Assembly (NCBI GenBank): GCA_031835245.2
Contig: JAVKOQ020000058.1
Location: 1 to 64,000, forward strand
Origin: Balamuthia mandrillaris
Taxonomy: Eukaryota
DNA length: 64,000 nt
Direction: 5' to 3'
This document shows positions 13,133 to 25,253 of this stretch, piece after piece; within the stretch, counting starts at the first letter, position 1; each line of letters starts with the position of its first letter. The notes beneath the pieces were generated by a model. The model ran no database searches. It had not been told where the DNA came from and worked only from the letters and a program-made list of their open reading frames with translations. The translations under genes were made by a program, and so were the position numbers.

Positions 13133-13308
13133 CCTTCCTTCAAAACACTTTTTTTCCAGTGTTCTGTTTTTAATACAGATTCCGGGACGACATGGTGTTA
13201 AGATCTATATTGTCGACAGATTGCTGTGATCTAGACCTTTTATGGAAAATTTTCGTTGCGTTTTTGATTTTTGATTGGTGCTTTGAAAGTGAATGACGAA
13301 AGAAGCAC

Positions 13309-13353
<45 letters not shown>

Positions 13354-13545
13354 CAAGAGAGGGCAAGAGCGAGTCTTGCAACACCTTTGTGGTCCACCAG
13401 CAAAAAAAGCAAAGATGAGAAGAGCAACGAATAAAAAAAACCTTACTGTTCAAATTAAAAAAAAACCACCTATATATTTCTTATGCACTGGCTCAATACT
13501 TCTCAACGACTGTTCCTTCTCCACGACTTGTGTGTTTCAATTGCA

Positions 13546-15012
13546 TTAATCCTCCTTGACTCCATCCTCCAAAGCGGCAGCACCGGACACGATCTCCGTG
13601 AGCTCCGTTGTGATGATGGCCTGACGCTGTCCGTTGTACTGCAGCCTCAGCCTGCCCAACACGTCGGTGGCGTTGTTGGTGGCGCTGTCCATGCTGCTCA
13701 TACGAGCGCCCAGCTCGCTGGCCTGACTCTCCATGAAGGCCGAGTAGAGCAAGTTGGCGATGGAGAATTGGTAGTAGTCGGTGAGGACCTCCTCGCGGGT
13801 CAGGTCTTCAAAGTCCAGCTCCAAAAAGTTCTCCGGCGCGGCAAAGACAGCGGGACCGGGCAAGGTCCTTCGCTTGACGGTGGAGGAGAGCACGCTGTTG
13901 AAGCGATTGAAGAGGATGGTGATGCGGTCAAAGTCCTGGGCGGTGATCTGCTCAGCCAGCTGGGCAATGTCGGTGAAGGAGGTCTTCTTGTTGCCACCAA
14001 CGTCGGCGGCGACGCTGACGATATCGGAGCCAAACTCCCTCACCAAAGCGGCCTTGGCCTTCTCTCCCACGACAAAGAACTTGCAGTGCTTAGGGTCTTG
14101 GCGGAACATGCGAATGCCAGCCTTGACGACGGCGCTGTTGACGCTGCCACAGAGACCACGATCAGAGGTGACCGGTACGAGAAGGTGCGTGGAGCCGCCC
14201 TCGGGGAGGGGCTGGCCAAAGCCAGAGGGCACGTCCTCGCCCTGAGTGATCTCCTCGCCGGCCTCGTTAACCTTGTAGCGGGGGTACTGCTCCTCCAGCC
14301 AGCGCTGGCTGCTCTCGCCGTAGGGGCGGTGTTCGTTGAGCCGCTGTTGGGCTTTGGTGAGCTTGGCCGCGGCAATCATTTTCATGGAGGTGGTGATCTT
14401 CTTGATGCTGGAAATGGAGGCAATGCGGCCACGAACTTTGTGTGTATAAAAATAAAAAAGAGAAGAGTAACAGAGAGAGGTAATGAAAAAGGAGAGCGTG
14501 CGAAGGAATAAGAAAAGGTGAAAGAAGGTGTTGGTATAGGACACGAGTAAGTGAATGAGAAGAGCAAAAAAAAAAGAAGGGAGGGTAGCAGAGAGTAGAA
14601 GAGAAAGAGAAAAGGGCATGCAGAGAGAAGAAACAAAGAGGGAGGCGGAAAGAGAGACAGAAGAACGAAGCAGCAAAGGGGCGGGAGGAAAGAGAGGTGA
14701 AAACGTACGTTCTTTCAAACCACCGCCAGGGTAGTGGCGGACGCCCATGGGGCTCAACATAACCAGGTCATTGCTTTGGGGGAAAACAATGAATGACAGA
14801 GGAGAGAGAGAGAGAAAGAGAACGAAACAGGTCATGCAAACGATCAAACAAAAGAGAGAAGAAACAAGAGGTGAGCGGAGAGAAGCAGAGGGATTGGGTT
14901 ACTTGAGTTGACCGGAGAGAAGTGAGGAGCCCTGGATGGGGTGGGCCTTCCGGGAGGAGGCGCGGAGGAGAGAGGAGCTGCGGAGGGCGGTTGAGGAGGA
15001 AGAAGCCATCAT
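13546..15012 (-). CDS. ATP3: Mitochondrial F1-ATP synthase gamma subunit
   Basis: RIASISSIKKITTSMKMIAAAKL, TSDRGLCGSVN, SELGARMSSMDSATNNA and RQAIITTELTEIVSGAAAL. Ser/Arg-rich presequence in exon 1. Confidence 0.97.
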
Positions 15013-15040
15013 TTTTAATCTGCTCGTGCGGGTTTTTTTT

Positions 15041-15083
<43 letters not shown>

Positions 15084-15248
15084 AAATCGAAAGAAAGAAA
15101 GAAAAAGGATCAGCGCTACTGCTGCTACCAAAAAAAAAGATCACTACCCAATCCATCACAGGACAAACCACATTTCAAAAAAAATACTAATAAAAGGGGG
15201 GAAAAACACGAACAAGAAAAAAAAAGGAGGGGAAAAAAAAACCAAACA

Positions 15249-15301
<53 letters not shown>

Positions 15302-15689
15302 AAATCGAAATCACCGCACCTTCGCCTCTTACTTTTTTTTTTGATTTTGTGGCCCTTTCTTTCCTCCTCTCTTTTATTTTTTTTTCTTCGGTGACCAAAA
15401 CAAATTGAAAACTCTTTTAAGATTTTCAACCAAAATGAAAATATAAACTCGCTGATGTCATCCTGTGTCGACGATAAACGCCGTTCATGGTGACCTCGAC
15501 GTCTTCAGCATTGCTGCACACGAAGGGCCTTAAAATGGAACGCCTTAATAAAATTCTCCGAGGAAATGCCCTATTTCCCCGGCCTCTACTTTTTTTTTTT
15601 GGTGCATTTCAAACGAAAAGAAAAGAAACAAACGCACTTCACGCCGCTTTGAAACGGAAAAGGTGTGTATGTTCCCCCCATTTCGATTT

Positions 15690-15735
<46 letters not shown>

Positions 15736-15924
15736 CTCTCTCTCCCCTCTCCCTCTCCCTCTCCCTCTCCCTCTCTCATCTCTTTCTTCATTGTGTATGC
15801 CCACTCTCTGCTCTCGCTCTCTCTCGCGCGCGCGCTCTCTCTCCTCGCTAAAGTGTGCACTCATCTTGCTACGCTTTTTTTTTTGTGCTCTACAAAAAAA
15901 TCGGTAGAGATTTTGATTTTAAAA

Positions 15925-17906
15925 ATGCAGCAGAGACAAGCCGCACACCGATTGGCCGTTTTGGCTGACCATCTGTCCGCCGCTGGCGCTGCCTCCGGCC
16001 CTTCCCCCCTCGAGACCGGTTTCACTGCCGCCACCTCCCAAAAGTGCCCTGATGACATTGTGATCGTGAAGTACCGTTTTCTCCTCCTCCCTCTCTCACA
16101 TTTCTCTCTCCCTTCTCCTTTCTCTCTTCTCTCTCTCCTCCCTCTTTTGTCTTTCTAATCATTTTTACCCACTCCCTCTTCATCTCAAAACAATAAAAGG
16201 TCTGTTCGCACAGCCGTCGGCAAAGCTGGCCGCGGCTCCTTCAAGGACACCGCTCCCGACAACCTCCTCGCCCCTCTTCTCAAGCACGTCCTGGAGACCA
16301 CCCCCCAAGTCAAGCCCGAGCAGATCGGCGACGTGGTGGTCGGCATGGTGCTCCCCAAGGGAGGCCAAGGCGCCACTGAGGCCCGCATTGCCTGCCTCCT
16401 CGCTGGCATCCCTCAGGAGGTTCCCGTGACCACTGTCAACCGTCAGTGCTCCTCTGGCCTGCAGGCTATCGCCAACGTGGCTGCCGCCATCAAGGCCGGC
16501 TTCTATGAGATTGGCATTGCTGGTGGCGTGGAGTCCATGTCCATGAACAGCATGGGCTGGGATGGAGCCGTAAATCCCGAGGCCTTGAAGCATGACCTCG
16601 CCAAGAACTGTTATTTGCCTATGGGCATCGTATGTTTGCACTTTTTCTCTCTTTCGTCGTTCTCTCTCTCTCTCTCTCTCTCTTCTTTTGTTGCTCTCCT
16701 GTTTTAAAGTTACAATTCTCATTTTTCCATTTTTTTTGTGGTGTACAAAGACATCTGAGAATGTGGCAGCCAAATATGGCATCTCGAGGGAGAAGCAGGA
16801 TGCCATGGCCGCTGACTCCCACCGCAAGGCCGCCGAGGCCATCAAGAGCGGGCGATTCAAGGACGAGATCGTGCCCATCACCATCAACGTAGAGGACCCC
16901 AATACCAAGGAAGTCAAAACTATCACCGTCTCTCAAGGTATATTTCTTTCTTTATTGCACTTTCTTTGTTTTGTGTTTTCTTTTTCTTTTTTTCCCTTCT
17001 CTCTTTCTCTCTCTCTTTCAAAGATGAATTGAACGAATGAAAGATTCACATTCACAAAAACACATGATTATAACCAAATCATCGCTGCGTTCTTTCTGAT
17101 AACTTTTTTTCCTTGCTCTTTTTTTCTTGTTTTTATTCTTTCCATCCTTTTTCACTTTCTTTCTTTTCCTTCTATGTTTTATTTATTCGATATTTTCTTT
17201 GAACCAATTCAGACGAAGGCGTTCGTGAAGGCACCACCGCGGAGAAGCTGGCCAAGCTCCGCCCCGCCTTCAAGCCCGACGGCGGCTCCACCACCGCTGG
17301 CAATGCCAGCCAGCTCAGCGACGGCGCCGCCGTGGCCCTCCTCACCAAGCGCTCCACCGCTGAGCGGCTGGGCCTTCCCATCCTCGGCACGCTGCGCAGC
17401 TTCAGCGCTGTGGGCGTGGACCCCGCTGTGATGGGAATCGGACCGGCCGTGGCCATTCCCGATGCCGTCCGCCGGGCGGGCCTGAGGTTGGAGGACATCG
17501 ACGTCTATGAGATCAACGAGGCCTTTGCCTCGCAGGCCACCTACTGCGTGGAGAAGCTGGGCCTGCCCATGGAGAAGGTCAACCCGAACGGAGGAGCCAT
17601 TGCTTTGGGACATCCTTTGGTTTGCTTCTTTTCTTTCTTTCTTTCTTTCGCTTCCTCTTTGTGGTGTAGTTTTTTCTAACTTTTCTCTCTTTTTAAAAGG
17701 GATGCACTGGCGCCAGAATGACTGCCACTTTGCTTCACGAGTTGAAGCGCCGCAAAGCGTACGCTTCCCTCTCCTTTGTCTTTGTCTTTTTCATTTCTGA
17801 TTTTTTTCTTTTTTGATTACAAAACAACAACAGCCGTTATGGAGTGGTGTCGATGTGCATCGGAACTGGCATGGGCGCTGCTGCCGTCTACGAAGCTGAG
17901 CTCTAA
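15925..17906 (+). CDS. ACAA1: Peroxisomal 3-ketoacyl-CoA thiolase
   Basis: PTS2 [19 protein letters not shown] (catalytic Cys), [23 protein letters not shown] and [11 protein letters not shown]. Confidence 0.96.
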
Positions 17907-17964
17907 TAACCTATACAGTACAAGAAACAAAGATCACCTTTTTCGAATTTTGATTTGTAAATGT

Positions 17965-17984
17965 TCTCTCTTCTTTCTTTCTCC

Positions 17985-18083
<99 letters not shown>

Positions 18084-18372
18084 CTTCTTTCTTTCTCTTC
18101 TTTCTTTCTCTTCTTTCTTTCTTTCTGTCTTTCTCTTCTTTCTTTCTTTCTGTCTTTCTCTTCTTTCTTTCTTTCTTTCTTTCTCTTCTTTCTTTCTTTC
18201 TTTCTTTCTTTCTCTTCTTTCTTTCTTTCTGTCTTTCTGTCTTTCTTTCTCTTCTTTCTTTCTTTCTTTCTTTCTCTTCTTTCTTTCTTTCTTTCTTTCT
18301 TTCTGTCTTTCTGTCTTTCTTTCTCTTCTTTCTTTCTTTCTCTTCTTTCTTTCTCTTCTTTCTTTCTTTCTT
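17965..18372. repeat. About 400-bp degenerate (CTTT)n polypyrimidine tract, intergenic
   Basis: Directly visible. Confidence 0.95.
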
Positions 18373-18570
18373 TATTTTGAAATACCCTCCCCATCATTGA
18401 TTTCGATTCATTTTGCCAAGAGGCCACGTTCCCACTTGTAAAAGCAACGAAACCGATAGATCGCTGTCGCGCGTTGGAGGGAGAGGGAGAGGGAGAGGGG
18501 AGGGAGAAGAAGAAGATAAAACAGGGGATTGAAAGGTTTTTTAAAAGAGACAATTGAAAAAAAAAAAGAA

Positions 18571-20964
18571 ATGACGGACATACACCTCTCCTCCTCCGCA
18601 ACTGCAACCGCCACAACCCCCACAAAGCCCAAGCCATGGAAGGTCACCGGAGAAGAACGTCATTGCAACCCATCGCCCTCCTCTCCGCCGTTCTTCGAGT
18701 CCTCTGTTGTTGTTGCTCAAACCGACCACTCGGAGGAAGAGGAGTGTTTGTTTTTGTGGCTGCCCGACGAGCTGCTGTGCTACCTCTTGGGGATGCTTCC
18801 CAAGAGCCACGTGGCCGCGGCGGCAAGGACCTGCCGCAGGTGGTATGCCTGCAGCCCTCCTCACCTTCGACAGAGGCTCTCCCTGGAGTGGGCTGGTAGC
18901 TCTCGCGCTACCATGCGGTGGGCACGCCTTCATAACCCAGGCCTAACCCGGGACTCGACTAAAATATGCACCGCAGCCGCTGCGAGTGGCAACTTGGACC
19001 TGTTGCAACGGGCCAGAGATAATGGATATAGCTGGGACCAGGCGACGTGTGCTGCAGCAGCGCGGAACGGCTATTTGGAGGCGTTGAGGTGGGCCAGAGA
19101 GAACGGATGCCCTTGGAACATCAAGGCTTGTACTGCAGCTGCGGCGCATGGGCATTTGGAGGTGTTGCAGTGGCTCAGAAAGAAGAGATGCCCTTGGGAC
19201 AAAGAGGTTTTAGTTGCAGCTGCAACAAATGGCCATTTGGAGGTGTTGAAGTGGGCCAGAAAGAACGGGTGTCCTGGGAGTCGGAAGGCTTGTGCTGCAG
19301 CTGCACAACACGGCCATTTGGAGGTGTTGAAGTGGGCCAGAAGAAAGGAGAAATACTTGGATGAAGAGACATGCGCTGCTGCTGCAACAAACGGGCGGTT
19401 GGGGGTATTGAAGTGGCTCAGAAAGAATGGATGCCCTTGGGACTGGAACACTTGCGCCAGGGCCGCACTACATGGCCATCTGGCGGTGTTGAAGTGGGCC
19501 AGAGAGAGCGGATGTCCTTGGAATGAATGGACCTGCGCTGCAGCTGCAACGAATGGCCATTTGGAGGTGTTGAAGTGGGCCAGGGCGAATGGCTGCCCTT
19601 GGAATGTTGGTACTTGCAGGGCAGCTGTTAAAAATGGCCATTCGGAGGTGTTGCGGTGGGCCAGAGAGAACGAGTGTCATGGGGAATGTGAAGGAAAAGC
19701 ACCGAGCTGGGCCAACTTTGTTCGTGTCCCCTGGAACGAACAGAGCGGCTTGAATGAAGAGACGACGTGTGCTGCAGCCGCAGCAAGTGGGCAGTTGGAG
19801 GTGTTGAGGTGGCTCAAAGAGAGAAAATACAGGTGGGATGCACGGACTTGTGCTGCTGCAGCGTGGAACGGCCATTTGGAGGTGTTGAAGTGGGCCAGGG
19901 CGAATGGCTGCCCTTGGAACCAAGGGGTTTGTGTCGGTGCTGCACAGAATGGCCACTTGGAGGTGCTGAAGTGGGCCAGAGCGAACAGGTGCCCTTGGGA
20001 GCGGAAGACTACTTGCACGGCGGCCGCGCAACATGGCCACTTGGAGGTGCTGAAGTGGGCCAGAGCGAACAGGTGCCTTTGGGACAATGAGCTTTGTACT
20101 GTAGCAGCGCGGAACGGCCATTTGGGAGTGCTGAAGTGGGCCAGAGAGAATGGATGTCCTTGGAACGAAGAGACTTGTGCCGCAGCAGCAACGAATGGCC
20201 ATTTGGAGGTGTTGCAGTGGGCCAGGGAGAATGGCTGCCCTTGGGACGAGGAGACCAGCGAGGCAGCTGCCATGAACAGACATCCAGCCGTGTTGAAGTG
20301 GGCCAAGGAGAACGGATGCCCTGCGGACGAACGCTATTGGGTGTACTGCGCTGCGATGAGGGACGATTGGCCAATGGTGAGGTGGTTGATAGAGAATGGA
20401 TGTCCTTGGATACCGCAAGTTTGCGCCGCTGCCGCCATGAAGGGTGACCTTGACGTGCTGCAATGGGCCAGAGAGAACGGCTGCCCTTGGAGCAAAGACA
20501 CTTGTTGTGCTGCTGCAGAGGGCGGGCATTTGGAGGTGCTGCAGTGGGCCAGAGCCAACGGATGCCCTTGGGATAGGTGGACTTGCAAGTCAGCAGCGAT
20601 GAATGGCGAGTTGGAGGTGTTGCAGTGGGCCAGAGAGAATGGATGTCCCTGGGACAAAGAAACCTGTTGTGCTGCTGCAGAGAATGGATATTTGGGGGTG
20701 TTGCAATGGGCCAGAGAGAATGGATGTCCTTGGAACAAGAGGGTTTGCAAGTCCGCAGCAATGAACGGCTATAAGGGGGTGCTGCGGTGGGCCAGAGAGA
20801 ATGGATGCCCTTGGACCAAAGCGGTCTGTTCCGTGGCCGCAAAGAATGGTTATTTGAAAATCTTGAAGTGGGCCAGAGAGAATGGATGCCCTTGGGACGA
20901 GACAACCCGCAAATTAGCTGCAAAGTACGGGTATGTAGAAAGTGGTCAAGTGGGCAACGAATAA
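18571..20964 (+). CDS. Intronless F-box protein with many ankyrin-like 'WARENGCPW' repeats (giant-virus-like family)
   Basis: F-box LPDELLCYLLGMLP...AARTCRRW followed by over 20 copies of a roughly 25-aa unit TCAAAAxNGHLEVLKWARENGCPW. Confidence 0.92.
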   Translation: MTDIHLSSSATATATTPTKPKPWKVTGEERHCNPSPSSPPFFESSVVVAQTDHSEEEECLFLWLPDELLCYLLGMLPKSHVAAAARTCRRWYACSPPHLRQRLSLEWAGSSRATMRWARLHNPGLTRDSTKICTAAAASGNLDLLQRARDNGYSWDQATCAAAARNGYLEALRWARENGCPWNIKACTAAAAHGHLEVLQWLRKKRCPWDKEVLVAAATNGHLEVLKWARKNGCPGSRKACAAAAQHGHLEVLKWARRKEKYLDEETCAAAATNGRLGVLKWLRKNGCPWDWNTCARAALHGHLAVLKWARESGCPWNEWTCAAAATNGHLEVLKWARANGCPWNVGTCRAAVKNGHSEVLRWARENECHGECEGKAPSWANFVRVPWNEQSGLNEETTCAAAAASGQLEVLRWLKERKYRWDARTCAAAAWNGHLEVLKWARANGCPWNQGVCVGAAQNGHLEVLKWARANRCPWERKTTCTAAAQHGHLEVLKWARANRCLWDNELCTVAARNGHLGVLKWARENGCPWNEETCAAAATNGHLEVLQWARENGCPWDEETSEAAAMNRHPAVLKWAKENGCPADERYWVYCAAMRDDWPMVRWLIENGCPWIPQVCAAAAMKGDLDVLQWARENGCPWSKDTCCAAAEGGHLEVLQWARANGCPWDRWTCKSAAMNGELEVLQWARENGCPWDKETCCAAAENGYLGVLQWARENGCPWNKRVCKSAAMNGYKGVLRWARENGCPWTKAVCSVAAKNGYLKILKWARENGCPWDETTRKLAAKYGYVESGQVGNE

Positions 20965-21079
20965 GCCGACAAAGGAGAGCGAGAGAGCGAGAGAGCGAGA
21001 GAAGCGAGTGGGCAACGAACAACTGTAACAAAAACAAACAAACAAAAAAAAAGAAGAAAAAGAAAAACAAAACTTGCCT

Positions 21080-23610
21080 TTAAAAGTAAAATGAAGAACC
21101 TCCGCCACCTCCTCCATGATGATGGCGATGATAACGTGGGCCACCTCCACCACCACCAAATCCACCACCAAACCCTCCGCCTCCAAATCCTCCACCACCA
21201 CCAGAGAAGAAGACGTTGAATATGTCGTTCACGTCCATGCCTGCCCCGCCAAATCCACCTTCATGTTGCAAATCCATGGTGTCAGCACCTTGGTCGTATC
21301 GCACTCGTTTCTTCTCGTCGGAGAGAACGCCATACGCTTCGCCTACGTCTTTGAACATCTCTTCTGCCTTTTGTTTGTCTGCTTCGGAACCTTGGTGACG
21401 ATCTTTTTTTTTTTGTTTGTTTGTTGTTTTTCGTTATAAGAAAGAAACAGAAAAAGACAGATGAGATGAAAGTAAGGAGAGAGAGAGAGAGAGAGAGAGA
21501 GAAGAAAATACCAGGATGCCACTTGAGAGCTAATGAGCGATAAGCTTTCTTAATTTCAGCATCGTCAGCGTTCTTTGGCACCCCCAAAATCTTGTAATAG
21601 TCTTTTCGTTGTGACTTTTTCAACTCCAGTTTCGCCTCTCTTAAACTGTTTCTAATATCTGTGTTTCATTGGTTCGTTTACACAAGAGAAAGATTTAGGG
21701 TCAGCATAAAACAACAAAAGAAAATATTGACGGAATAAGAACGAAGAAAGAACCTCTGTTTTCGGGATCCAACTTTTTGGCCGATTCATAGTCCCTCACC
21801 GCCTCTTCATATTTCTCAGTGAGGGTGTACAACGTCGCCCGACGAAGAAATGCTTTTGTGTATGTGTTATCCAAATCCAACGCCCTCGTGCAGTCCCTTA
21901 TAGCTTCCTCATATTGTCCCAACTTATGAAAGAACAAACAAATCGAGCAGAAATGAGAAAGTGAAGCAACAAGGCAGGAAACATAAGGAGAGGGCAACAA
22001 AAAAAAGCGGAACGAGCAAGAAACGATAAGAAAGTAGAGACAATAACAAACCTTAGTACCAGCAGCAGCCCTGTTACAATAGAGCTGCGCATTCGTGGTT
22101 TTATTGTCCGGATCCACTTGCAGTGCCTCCGAATAGGCATCAAAGGCTTCCTGATACCTGCCCGCTCCAAAAGCGTCGTTGCCTTCCTTCTTCTTTCTCT
22201 CCAATGTCCGAACCATCTTCAGCTCCACTCTCGCTTTGGCAAAGTCTGGATCAAGTTTGAGGGCTTGGGTATAGAAGTTGAGGGCTTGAGCAAAGTTGCC
22301 AGAGAAGTAGAACGCTTTGCCTTTGATGAAGAGCGCTTCTACGTTGTGTGGATCTTGTTTTAACACTTGGCTGAAAGAAGAGAGAAGCAAGAGTAAGAAC
22401 AAAGACAAAGCAAAACGCAAAGAACAAACGAAAAGGCAGTCAGACGTCTGGAAATAACACCAGAAAGAGAAAGGAAAAGCGTCATGAAAACAAACCTTGC
22501 AAGCTTTGTAGCGATGCTGTATTGCTGCAAGCCAAGCAAAGCGTTGGCTTTCATCATCAAAATAGGATTCGACTCCTCGCATTCGTCCAATACTCCCTCA
22601 AAGATGTGGAGAGCAGCTCCGAATTGTTTTTCTTTGAGAGCTTTTTTGCCCTCTGAAATTTTTTGTTTTATAGTTGTTGCAAGTTTCAGCTGTTTGTTTG
22701 TTTGAAAGTGAGATATGCGTGTTCCTTTGATAAGAAGGAAAGAAGAAAGAAGAAGACGAAAGAACAACGAAGGAAAGAACGAGAGAAACAAACGTCTTTC
22801 TTGGCTTCAACGTTGTTGGGCTCCAAGTGTAAGGCCTTTTCGTATTGTAACTTGGACCGAGTAAAGTCTCCCAGTCTTAAATAGCATTTGCCTGCCCGTA
22901 AATAGCCCTAATAATAAAAAAAATAATGAATAAAGTGGAAAAAAGAAAACAAAAAAGAAGAAAGCCACAGAGGGAGAAGAAAGACCTTGGTGAAGGAAGG
23001 ATCCTTGGCGGTGGTGACCAAGGAGTCATCGAGGGCGGCTCGCCAGTCTCCCTCCATAATGTAGGCCGCTGCTCTGTTTCCATAATAGGCTGCTGTGTCT
23101 GGCGAAAACTCTGTGCCGAGGCAAGGAGGGAGAGTGAGCAGAAGAAGCACAATAAATAAACAACAGTGTGAAACGAGGAAGCAAAGAGAAGAGCGGACGA
23201 GAGAATGAAAGAAGAGAAAACGAAAGACAAGAGAACGAGAGAGAGAGACGAGAGAGAAGGAGGAGAGCAGCGAAGCAGAGGAAGAAAGAAAACGAAAGAG
23301 AAATTGAAACGGACCGATGGCTTTTGAGTAGAAGGCGACGGCTTTGCGGTAATTACCGGCCAAGTACTCCGTGTTGCCCAACTGTTTGAATCGCAGTGCC
23401 TCTTTCTCCTTTTCTTCCGTTGTCAGTTCTTTCGGACTTGATTTTTTTTCACGCATAGAGAGAGAGTGTAACAAGTCAGTGAACTGAGATTTTTTTTGGT
23501 AAAAAAGGCACGGAAAAAAACGTGGGAGAGGGGAGGAAAAAAAAAACGAACGCTTGTTGTTGTTGAACCACCTCTTCCTCTTGCATCGCTTCTCGTTCAT
23601 GCCCGTCCAT
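21080..23610 (-). CDS. DNAJC7: TPR-repeat J-domain co-chaperone (DNAJC7/Tpr2)
   Basis: Multiple TPRs ([30 protein letters not shown]), then [10 protein letters not shown]...LKWHP|D and a G/F-rich tail. Confidence 0.93.
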
Positions 23611-23872
23611 CGTTAGTTCCGTTTGCAACAACAAAAGATCTGATTTCTTCTTTTCTATTTTTTCTTTTTTTTCCTTTCTTTTTTTTTTGTTTACGAACCG
23701 AGGGTTCGTTTAGGTTGAAATGACATCATCCAAGAATTTAAAGAATTTGTCGACATTTCATTAATAATCACTACAGACGTCATTCGTCCCCAGAAAATGT
23801 CGACATGATGTAACATTAAAGATCAAAAATTTTAAGAATGTGTCGACAAATTTCCAACTTACGTCAGCAAAA

Positions 23873-23880
23873 TTTCCCGC
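23873..23880 (+). promoter_or_regulatory. E2F-type motif TTTCCCGC upstream of SPC24
   Basis: Exact match to the TTTSSCGC consensus about 120 bp upstream of a kinetochore gene. Confidence 0.35.
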
Positions 23881-24000
23881 CTTTTTTAACACTCACCCGT
23901 AATCCCAGCGACAACAAACGGTCTGTTTTATATCTATATTTTCCGGTTTTTTTGTGGGGAAAAACAAAAAGAAAAAAAAAACGATACGGGGGGGGGAGGA

Positions 24001-25000
24001 ATGAATTTAAACCTGAAGGAAGCCACTTCGATCTTGAGCGAGCTCACGGCGGTGTTTCAGGACGCCAAGGATGAGAAATGCCTCGCCACCATTTTGGACC
24101 TGGAGATGGAGTTGCGGAGGAAAGCGGAGGCGAGACAACGGGGTTTCAAAGAGCTCATTCGAGGTGAGTTTTTGTCTCCTTTCTTTTTGTTTGATTAAGT
24201 AATCCAACCGATCTCATCTTGCTACTCTTTTTTTGTTGATAGCTTTGACTTCGGAGGTGGATAAAGCCGAAGACGAGGCGAATGATGACGAGCTGTCCGT
24301 CAGCCAGTTACACCGCATGGATAGACTTAAACAGGAAAAGAATTTCGTGGAGCAGAACCTGAAGGCTCTCGATAAGCAGATGAAGTATATCTTTCTCTCC
24401 TCTTCTCTCCTCTCCTCTTTACCCCTTCTTTTCTCTCCACTCCTTTGTTCTCTCGCACTCTCTCTTCTCTTGTTCTCCCTTTGCCTCTTATGCCTCCCAT
24501 GCCTCCCTCTTTGTTCATTTCTCACCTTTCTCTTCTCTCTGTCACACGTGTACACTCATTCTTACTGTTGTTGCACCTTGCTTCATGGTTGATCTTTCAG
24601 GAGTCTTCGGCTAGCCTCTCAAGAGATAAGCAAAGCGGAAGTACAAATCAAAGCTAAGGAGGTTGCTGTAGATCAGGAAAGTCGTGTGGAGATCCCCCGA
24701 GTGAGGCATCTGCTCAGCCTTTACGACCAGATTACCAAGCTCCGATGGGATTATGACTCCAAACACATCAAAGGATGTACGTTTACCTCCTTCTCCTTTT
24801 CTTCTCTTTTCGCTTGCTCTCTTGTTCTCTGTCTCTTCTCGCTCTTCTCTATTCCGCCTATTCAAACACTTTCTTAAAACTACACAGTCGTTTCCTTGCC
24901 CGATGACCTTCGTCCATTCGACATCGACCCCGCTAAACACTCTCGCCAGGCCATCGCCGACCACCTTTGGGATCTCATGGATGAAGACAACAAACTGTAA
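24001..25000 (+). CDS. SPC24: Kinetochore Ndc80-complex subunit Spc24 (4 exons)
   Basis: N-terminal coiled coil, then LSLYDQITKLRWDYDSKHIKG|FVSLPDDLRPFDID...SRQAIADHLWDLM, typical of the Spc24 C-terminal domain. Confidence 0.8.
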
Positions 25001-25253
25001 AAAACGAATTGAGTTGGAGCAAGAATAAAAAGGAGGACGGAAGGGAAGAAGGTAACGAACTTAAAGAACAGCAACACAAAGGAGAGAGAAGAGGATTCTT
25101 TCTTTTTGTTGATGAAGAAGAACGAAACAGAACAGCAACTTAAATAAGAAACATATTTTTTTTAAAAAAACAATATATAAAACTGTACAGCTACACTTTA
25201 ACACTATCCCTCTTTCTTCTCTCTTCTCACTTCTTCTGTTGTTGAAGCCCTTT

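Noticed and set aside
13483..14511. 342-aa plus-strand ORF
   Set aside because: Antisense shadow of the GC3-rich ATP synthase gamma exon.
17903..18637. Long K/E/R-rich and F/L/S-rich ORFs
   Set aside because: They are translations of the (CTTT)n microsatellite, not genes.
18960..20910. Regular roughly 75-bp DNA repeats that could resemble a CRISPR array
   Set aside because: They are in-frame protein-coding repeats with synonymous variation. There is no constant repeat with unique spacers, no cas genes, and the context is eukaryotic.
19468..21070. Long minus-strand repetitive ORFs
   Set aside because: Antisense shadows of the F-box/GCPW repeat gene.
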